From: Octopus sinensis | Taxonomy: Eukaryota | Direction: 5' to 3' | Assembly: GCF_006345805.1 (NCBI RefSeq) | Contig: NC_043018.1 | Span: 24,304,001 to 24,368,000, forward strand | Length of the DNA stretch: 64,000 nt | Shown here: piece after piece, positions 52,073-62,100 of the stretch | Position numbering within the stretch: position 1 is the stretch's first letter | Layout of the letters: each line of letters begins with the position of its first letter | The notes under the pieces: model-generated | Told to the model about the DNA's origin: nothing | The model's database searches: none | Seen by the model: only the letters and a program-made list of their open reading frames with translations | Position numbers and translations under genes: made by a program

Positions 52073-55000
52073 TATATGTATGTATGTATACATGACAAGC
52101 TTCTTTCCATCTTCCAAATGCACCCACAAGGCATCAGTCAGCCCTGGGCTATAGTACAAGACACTTGTGCAATATGCCACACAGTGGGATTGAACCTGAA
52201 AGCATGCTGTTGGGGAGCAAATTTCTTACCACACTGCCTCTCCTGGCCAAGTCATTTGATGTTGCTCATCATTAACAATGCCTTCTTGGTATTCTGGCAG
52301 AAAATGAAATCTCTTCAAAGCATATCCTTTTTATTTGTTTTTTTTTTGTTTTTTTTTTTTGTTTTAAATCCATGAGGCAAATCTGTAGTTTAAGGAAGTC
52401 CATGGCAGGGTGGGAGGAAATGGTGGGGATTAATAGACGTTATTATTAAGAAATTTGGCATCATGCCATTGTTAATGAAAGTTATGATTTCCTGAGAATT
52501 GGCACAAAATGTAATTTCTTTTCCATGAGCTTAGGGAGGAGCCATTACGAGATCACTCAGCCTACTAGAAATAGATGTAAATCTCCTCCAAAATACAGTA
52601 TACCATCTTAAATAAGAAAAGGACACATTAGATTCCACCAAAAACTCACGGTTGTAGGATCGCGATTCCGATTCCCAGACCGGGCGTTGTGAGTGTTTAT
52701 TGAGCGAAAGCACCTAAAGCTCCACTCGGCTCCGGCAGGGGGTAATGGCAATCCCTGCTGTACTCTTTCGCCACAACTTTCTCTCACTCTTTCTTCTGTT
52801 GGCCTGCTCGCTTAGCCAGCGGGGTGGCGTCACTTGAAGGCTAAAACAATGCGAAGCGCATTGTGACCAGTGATGTGTATCAACATCTGATAGCCTGGTC
52901 AGTCACAATGATATATATATATATGTAAACAGAGTTAGCGGTTATAGTAACCGACTAAGGGATAAAATATCCGTTACCTGTATTAACCCCGGGCAATGGT
53001 ATGCAGGCACACCATACACATAAGAGTGCAGATAACAACAGGCTAAACAAGAGTTTATCAGGAACCAATGCAAATAATTAGAAAATGGAGAAAAACCACA
53101 GATTAACCAACACATCGATTGGACCATGTTTATAGCTTGTTTTTTAATACAAAGCATGAGATAACAAAATAGGTGACGTAACATATCTTATGGCCATTAC
53201 TTATCAGATTGTCGAAATGCAGTCTATACATGAATGCGAGAATAAAATCCTTCATCTTCATAGGGCATTCGAATTAAAGCAACGGATCTTCATCAGAGTG
53301 AAAAACAAGAGCATACAATATCGTATTGTATTGGCTTTTGAGAACAATCCATATCGATTGCGCTGTGGAAGTAGAAAGGCAGAGAAGCACAAGGAAGCTG
53401 GGTGCATCTATTTACATGCGGTGCAAAACACAAAAGTGTAAAAGAATACAAAATAAATGAAAAGAGTTTTTATCTGCCTTTCGACATATATGTGTATGTG
53501 TTTGTATGTGTGTATGTTAATGTGTGTAGAATTGAGGTAAAAATGTTATCTGTTAGATCTTATTTATTTCTTTATTGCCCACAGGGGGCTAAACATAGAG
53601 GGGACAAACAAGGACAGACAAAGGGATTAAGTCAATTACATCAACCCCTGTGCGTAACTGGTACTTATTTAATCGACCCCGAAAGGATGAAAGGCAAAGT
53701 CGACCTCGGCGGAATTTGAACTTAGAACGTAGGGGCAGACGAAGCACTGCTAAGTATTTCGCCTGGCATGCTAACGTTTCTGCCAGCTCGCCACCTGTTA
53801 GATCTGTTAGATCTTATTTCAAATATATTTCATTGTTTCCATTTGATTAAACGTGTTGTTGTTGTTGTTATAATTTCAGTTGGGCCGCCACTCCTGTTTC
53901 CTGTGTATTTCCAGTATGCACTTCTACACTACGCTATTTCAAGGAGAGCTTGGGCCGTATGTATTATTATTGCCTCTCTCTTTCTCTCTTTATCTCCCTT
54001 CTCTTTTTTTTCTTCCTTCCCTTTTTCTCTCGTGTATGCATAACAGAAATATGTTGAGCTATGAATTATAAAGGTCTCTTTAGCAGAAGATTTAGAAGTT
54101 TGTCACATGTCTGGAAGCCATTCAGCGACGTGCAACCAAAAGAATACCCTCCATCAGGCATATGCCATATTCTGAACGCCTTACTTCCCTGGGCATGGAC
54201 ACATTGAAACTCCGACATCTGGCAGCTGACTTGGCAGACACCCATAAAATTATTAACCATCTTACAAACAATAACTCTAAGCACCTTTTCAAACTCCATC
54301 CATCTAACACCCATGGACATATTTACAAAGTCAGAAAACAGCACAGCTGCCATGACTTTAGGAAACATTTTTTCACGCTGAGAGTTGCTGAAGCATGGAA
54401 CAAACTGCTGGCATCAGTTGGTAGTTGTCGGAGCACTGCATCCTTCAAAACTTCCATGCTTTCTGAGATTCTCCAACACTACACCTGATTTTCTCCCCTC
54501 CATACACACACAAGCATGTATCTGACTCATACATTGTTCACTTTCCAGACATTTGTACATTACTGCATATACTTTATACGCACTTTCTGACAAGTTATGG
54601 TGCACCTGAGCACTGTATACAATAATTTCATTATTATTATTATTATGTAACTGCTATAGAAGTCTACTGGTAAGCAGAGATAATCGTTACGCACACACAT
54701 ACTAGCGATTGGCAGATTGGCAGGTATTTGTCTTGCAAGTTACTTGGTGACCTTACTGGTGCAGGTAGCACATGAAAAGCACACAGTACACTCTGTAGAG
54801 TGGTTGGCATTAGGAAGTGTGCCTGGCTGTTGAAACCAAGCCAAAGCAGACAACGGACCTTGGTGTAGCCCTGTGGCTTACCACCTCCTGTCCAACTGTC
54901 CAATTCATGCCAGCATGGAAAATGGACATTAAATGATAATGATGATGATTAAGGTTTATGTCCTTTTCTGAAAGCAATGACTAACTGAGCCCACAAAGGT

Positions 55001-58000
55001 GCCAGTACATAGTCACTTGACTGGCTATAAATAGCAGCCAAATCTCCCTTGAGTAACACAGCCCACTACTTAACATAAATAAGAAGGATACATTAGATTA
55101 TGTAATCCTACTTACATTATATCATCGTCATCATCATCATTGAAAATGTGTTTTCCATGCTGGCATTGGTTGGATGGTTTGACCAGAGCTGGTAAGGCCA
55201 GGGGTTGCACCAGGCTCCATTGTCTGTTCAGGCATGGTTTCTATGACTAGATGCCTTTTTTTAATGCCAACCACTCCACAGAATGTACTGGATGCTTTTG
55301 TTGTGGTGGATCGGTTTTCTTGAGTGCAGCCAGGTACCAGATGTCTCGGTCCTTAATATCTGAAAACAAATAGGGTGGTCACTTCTGGAGTACAGTGAAG
55401 TTGCTTGTGGGTAGTGGAAAATTCAAAGATCAGGACAGAATCCTTCTCTGGGAAAAATTGACCAGAGAAAAATTCAACTTTTCTCTGAAGAAGGACAACT
55501 GTTTGAAATGTTGGATTTTCCATTCCCCTCAGCAACTTCACGGTACTCTTTTTATCAATTTTACTGAATAATACAAGCCTTGGTGATGCAGACCAGCACC
55601 AGTCTCTGAGTCCGTTTGATCATACATGTGTGTGTGTGTGTTCTTTATAAACACATGATGTTTTAATGCAAGACGTTTTCTTAGAGATTGTAATATTCCT
55701 TTCTTTCTTTTAAAGGACCTTGCTTGGATGGCAGCCTTTTTTATAAAGATTTTCTACCTTTATACTCCCTTTCTTGGATTCTGGGGAGTGTTGGCATACT
55801 ATTTTGTCGTCAGGTAAGCCTGCTTCTACTATTTCACTTGTACAAGTCTTGCTTGTCTGGTAAAATGTTGAATACTTTTCACTTAACATTGAATTCAATT
55901 TACATCAAGGACATGTTTTTAACTTAAACCCAGCCCTCCCATACACACACAAGTACACACAAAAGTCCAAACTACAGTTAAAAGGATGCTTTGGAAAGGT
56001 GTTGTTTTTGTTGGGAATGTGGTAGAACTGAATCTGAAGTTCCAGTCTTAAGCAATACAACTGTTTTAATCAAAGGTAGTACAATAACCAAAGAGGAATT
56101 ATTGAAGACATGGTTATTGATAGCATAATGATGATAATGATGGAGGTGGTGGTGGTGGTGGTGACAAAGTATCAGCACCTAGCCATTGCGTTACAGAGGC
56201 TAAGGAAAGTGCTGGTAAAATGTATCCCTGCATGTATCCTGTCTACCCTTATCGGACAGGTCGTCATGATGGATATATTGGGCTTCGTATATTTGTACCC
56301 CAGTGTCACTTTGATGGCATGTGCTCCTCTCTCACATAATGATAATAATGTAAGAGAGCATCATCATCATCATCATCATAATAATAATAATAATAATAAT
56401 AATTAATAATAATAATGATAATAATAATAATTATTATTATTTGTTATGTAGACACAAGTCTTAAGATTCCAGGGGAAGGGGCTCAATCATCAGTCGGTGG
56501 TTCACAGTTTTGAGTTCTACTTTTCATCCTTTTGATCACTGAGTACATAATGTGGCTCATTAGACCTTTGTTCTGGTGCCTTTTTCCTGAGTGACCATCC
56601 CCACCCCCTTGTATGCTAATCTGTCACAAGGGTACCTATTCAGAGCTGAGTGGACTGGAGTGATGTGAAATTATGTGTTTTGCTCAAGAACACATTGTAC
56701 AGCTGGTCTGGAGATTGAAACCATGATGTCTTGATCATGAGTGCAACACTCTAACCACTAGGCCATGTGCCTTGACTGGTTCTTCTTTTCATTGACCCTG
56801 AAAGGATTGAAAGGCATATTTGACCTTGGTAGAATTTGAACTCAAAACGTAAGATGGAACAAGTGCTACTAAGCATTTTATCCAGCCAGTCAACAATTCT
56901 GTTAGCTTCCCACCAATGCCTGTCTCCATGACAACAACACTAATAATGCAGATATTGTTGTCTGACCAAGGAAAGGCACCTAATTTTGCTATCTCTGGTT
57001 GGCCTGCCTGACAAAAACAAAAGAACAGGTTCTGCTCCTTGTACTTCACAGCAATTGAATTTTTAGCTGAACTGGAAGGTAAGGGACTTGGGCATATTTC
57101 ACTGAGCCATAAATTAGTTGTTACAACAATGCAACCATGAAGGTTTTAACAATAAGAAAGGAAAGAATTTTTAAAATCATGAATGTTGATGATGATAATG
57201 ATGAGGATAATAATGATGGCATGTCCTCTTCCTTTTATCTCCCCCACCACTTCTTCCTTTTCTTTTCTGTCTGTCCCAATCTGTTCTGTCTGTCCCTATC
57301 AGGTGTCGTTTTATAAAAGAGTTTTTCGTATCTCTCTTTATTTCTATATTTCTAACTAAATATTTTGATATTAAATCTCAGAACGAGTTATAAGTTGAAG
57401 ACTGGAAGGATGGCTTCCCTTTGCAAATACTGATAGGGCACAGAAAGTGTGTCTATAGCCAGCTGGAGGAGGTGTCCTCCTGGGGCTACAAACTACAGTA
57501 GCATCCACCCTTAGGGGTTAGCCAATTTTAAATGGCAAATATACGTCACAATATTTTGATTGATTTTTTTTTTTCCTGAAGTAAATCTTTTTTTGAAGTT
57601 TGTCTTCAAGATGTATCGACTAGTAATATTTTTTTCTCTTCTGTCTTCAGGTGTGTTGAAAGTCACTGGTTTACCTGGGTCAGTCAGTCTAACCATATTC
57701 CAATGGATGTAGAACATGATACAGCCCAACCCTGGCTTGCCTTGCAACTCCATGCGACCTGTGATATTGAGAAGTCATTTTTCAATGATTGGTTTACCGG
57801 ACATCTTAATTTCCAAATCGAACACCAGTAATTATTATAATTTATCACTATCAGTAATTATTGATTGCAGATTCATTAGCACACTGGACAAAATGCATGG
57901 TGTTGAGCTAGCAGAATTTATAGCCTGCTGGGCAAAACGCTCAGTGGTATTTTGTCTGTCTGTATAATCTTACTCTATGCTCTGACTTGTTTCAGTCATT

Positions 58001-59112
58001 TGACTGTGGCCATGCTGGAGCACCGCCTTTAGTCAAGCAAATCAACCCCAGGACTTATGCTTTGTAAGCCTAGTACTTATTCTATCGGTCTCTTTTGCCA
58101 AACCACTAAGTTACGGGGACGTAAACACACCAGCATCGGTTGTCAAGTGATGTTGGGGACAAACACAGACACACAAACACATACACACACATACATATAT
58201 ATACATATATACGACAGGCTTCTTTCAGTTTCCGTCTACCAAATCCACTCACAAGGCTTTGGTTAGCCCAAGGCTATAGTAGAACACACTTGCCCAAGGT
58301 GCCACGCAGTGGGACTGAACCCAGAACCATGTGGTTGGTAAGCAAGCTGCTTACCACACAGCCACTCCTGTGCTTATGTTCTGTATGTTCTGTGTTTAAA
58401 TGCCACTGAAGTCAACTTTACAGTTCATCTTTTTGGTGTCTATAAAGTAAATACCAGTCATGTACTGGTGTCATTCAACTTCTTCCTCTCTCTAAAAAAC
58501 TGCTGGCCACTAAGCATTTTGTCTGGCATGCTAACATTTCTACCTGTTCACCACCTTGATGATCATCATCATTTAATGTTTGCTTTCCATGCTGGCATGA
58601 GTTGGACGGTTTGACATTGAGCTGGTTAACTGGGAGCTATCCAGACTCCAATTGTCTGCTTTCTGCAGCTGGATACCCTTCCTAATGCCAACCACTCAAC
58701 AGTGTGCTGGGTGCCATTTTTACATGCAACTGGCACAAGTGCATTTAAGCAGAACTGGCATGAGTGCATTCCTGCAGCACCGACATGGGTGCATTCCTGC
58801 AGCACCGACATGGGTGCTTTCTATGTGGCACTGGCATCTGAAGGGACAAGCCTGTATGTGGATGACAGTGGTGTTGCTTAGCATGGTGTGTCTTACTCTT
58901 TACTCTTTTACTTGTTTCAGTCATTTGACTGTGGTCATGCTGGAGCACCGCCTTTAATCGAGCAACTCGACCCCGGGACTTATTCTTTTGTAAGCCCAGT
59001 ACTTATTCTATCGGTCTCTTTTGCCGAACTGCTAAGTGACGGGGACATAAACACACCAGCATCGGTTGTCAAGCAATGCTAGGGGGACAGACACACAAAC
59101 ACACACACACGC

Positions 59113-59147
<35 letters not shown>

Positions 59148-62100
59148 ATATATACGACGGGCTTCTTTCAGTTTCTGTCTACCAAATCCACTCACAAGGC
59201 TTTGGTCGGCCTGAGGCTATAGTAGAAAACACTTCCCCAAGGTGCCACGCAGTGGGACTGAACCTGGAACCATGTGGTTGGTAAACAAGCTACTTACCAC
59301 ACAGCCACTCCTGCGCCTTGATAATAATAATAATACTTTCTAATTTTGGTTCATGCCGAGTAAGTTTGAGGAGAGGTCTTTGTCGATTACATTGGCTCCA
59401 GTGTTACTTATTTTATCGACTCTCAAAAAGTGAAAAGTAAAGATGACTTTGGCTCAATTTGAACTCAGAACGCAAAACCAGAAGAAATGCCACTAAGCAT
59501 TTTATTTTGTCCACTAAATCTGAAATGTAACCAAAATGCTAACATTTTTCTCATTGTTCTCTGTTTTTCAGCTTGTTTCCTACAATGCCACGGCACAATC
59601 TCTACAAGATTGCACCTTATGTGAAATCATTGTGTGAAAAACATGGTATAAGATACGAAGTAAAACCCCTGGGGAAAGCATTTGTTGATGTTGTACGGTG
59701 AGTTTTGCTCTTTCTCACCTGTATTTTTTTTTCTTCTTTTGTCAACCTGTCATTGCTGTCTTCTGTGTGTGTGTGGGTCTACTACCACCTTACTAAGATT
59801 AAATGATATACAGGTGTGTATAAGTGTTTTGTTGTGTCCTCATATAGATTGATGAAACACTTCTCATTCTTCTGACGTCCCACTACTTTCTGAAAAACGA
59901 CAAGATAGCTTTTACTTCACTATAGTGATAACGAAGACACATGACTCAGTGGTTGGAGCGTCAGTCTTACAATCACGAGGTAGTGAGTTCGATTCCTGGG
60001 TCGGGCTGTGTGTTGTGTTCTTGAGCAAGACATTTTATTTTCACGCTGCTCCAGTTCACTCCGCTGTAGAAATGAGTTACGATGTCACTGGTGCCAAGCT
60101 GTATCAGCCTTTGCCTTTCCCTTGGATAACATTGGTGACATGGAGGGGTGGGGCTGGTATGCATGGGCAAACTGCTGGTCTTCCATAAAAACAACCTTGC
60201 TTAGACTTGTGCTTTTGAGGGGACTTCCTAGGTGCAATCCCATGGCCCTTCTTGACCGAAGGGGATCTTCACCTTTTACTTGTTTCATTCATTAGACTGC
60301 GGCCATGATGGGGCTCCGTCTTGAAAAATATTTTTAGTTGAATGAATCGATTTTAGTACATTAATGTTGGTCCAAACAGAAATTTGGTAACAAGGTTATT
60401 TTACCAAATTCTTCATTTTTTTCAAAATTAGTTAAAAGAAAGATACTACCAATTAGTAGAATCTTCAAATATTTAAAGAACCCGAGTTATGTACCTTGCT
60501 TCAGTAATAGCATTGAGTTACGTGCCTTTAAGGCACATAACTCAATGCTATTACCGAAGTTTATTCCTCCTCCAGTCAAGTGAAACTCATTATAAATGCA
60601 TTATCTTCTTTAACCTTTTCATAGACTCATACCCTGGAGAACATAGAGTACAAGTACATAACGGCACAAATTTTTCAGTGGGGCTTTTTGGAAGGAAATT
60701 TAATTTAATGATCACTGATAATTTTAATTTTGACTTTTAGAAAAGCAGAGCTGCACTGAACAACATACTAAATACCTCAGTGCCCCTGTGATGACATTGT
60801 CTCATGTACATTTGTCCGGTATTCACTTGCTATTTATTTTAGCGACCCCTAAAAAGGTGGAAAGTAAAATCAACCTCGGCAGAATTTGAACTCAGATTGT
60901 TATGACGGACGAAATGGCACTAAGCATTTTGTCCATTAAAGTAACAGTTCTGCCAGCTCAATGCCTTAATAATAATAATAATAATAATAAAAATAATAAT
61001 AATAATAATAGTAATCATCCTTTCTACTGTTGGTACAAGGCCTGAAATTTTAGGGGATGGACCTAGTCAGTTACATCGACCCTAGTACTCAACTGGTACT
61101 TATTTTATCGACCCTGAAAGGATGAAAGGTAAAGTCAGCCCTGGCGGAATTTGAGCTCACAACTTAAAGGTGAACAAAATGCTGCTAAACATTTTGCCTG
61201 GCATGCTAATGATTCTTATTACTTTATTGCCCACAAGGGGCTAAACATAGAGGGGACAAACAAGGACAGACCAAGGGATTAACCCTTTTGTTACTAACCC
61301 GGCCAAAACCGGCTCTGGCTCTGTGGTAAAATGTCTTGTTTTCATAAGTTTTGAATTAGAATATTCCACCAAATCTTAGTCACAACTTACGTTCCTAACA
61401 CTAGCTTAATAATAACTAAGTTATTTTACTATATTCTTTGTTATATTTAAAACAATTGAAAGAAACACAGAGCATCTCAAAATAAATACAGTAATGAAAG
61501 GGTTAAGTCGATTACATCGATCCCAGTGCGTAAGTGCATAACTGGTACTTAATTTATCGACCCCGAAAGGATGAAAGGCAAAGTCGACCTTGGTGGAATT
61601 TGAACTCAGAACATAATGGCAGACGAAATACCGCTAAGCATTTCGCCTGGCGTGCTAACATTTCTGCCAGCTCGCCGGCTGATGCTAATGATTCTGCCAG
61701 GTCAATGATATTTCTAATATAGGCACAAGGCCATAGCTTTAGTAGGGGTGGGGGTTGGTTGACTCCTGTGCTTGACTGGTGCTTTATTTTCTTGATCCTG
61801 AAGAAGGCAACTCAAGTTGGTCGTGGGAAGGATTTGAAACCGGAATGTAAAGCAGTGCAGCAAAGACTGCAAAGCATTTCTTCTGATGTAGAAACGATTC
61901 ATGTCAAAACACTGCTTTTAATAATAACTACAATAATAATGGTTTCAAATTTTGGTACCAGTCCAGCACTTTTGAGGGTGGCAAGAGATGCCATGAGAGT
62001 GAAACACAGCCAACTCATAGAAGAATGGAAAGCTACTACATATACAGTAATACCTCGACTGTTATGTTCCAAAATCCCCTGCGATAGGTAAAAATCCATG

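Noticed and set aside
53255-53305. Minus-strand CTGATGAAGA...TCGAA motif
   Set aside because: Only ~2 bp of stem II, with no convincing stem I or III.
61790-61840. CTGAAGAAGGC...GTC motif
   Set aside because: It falls within a decayed family B SINE and lacks GAAA and a cleavage triplet; chance match.
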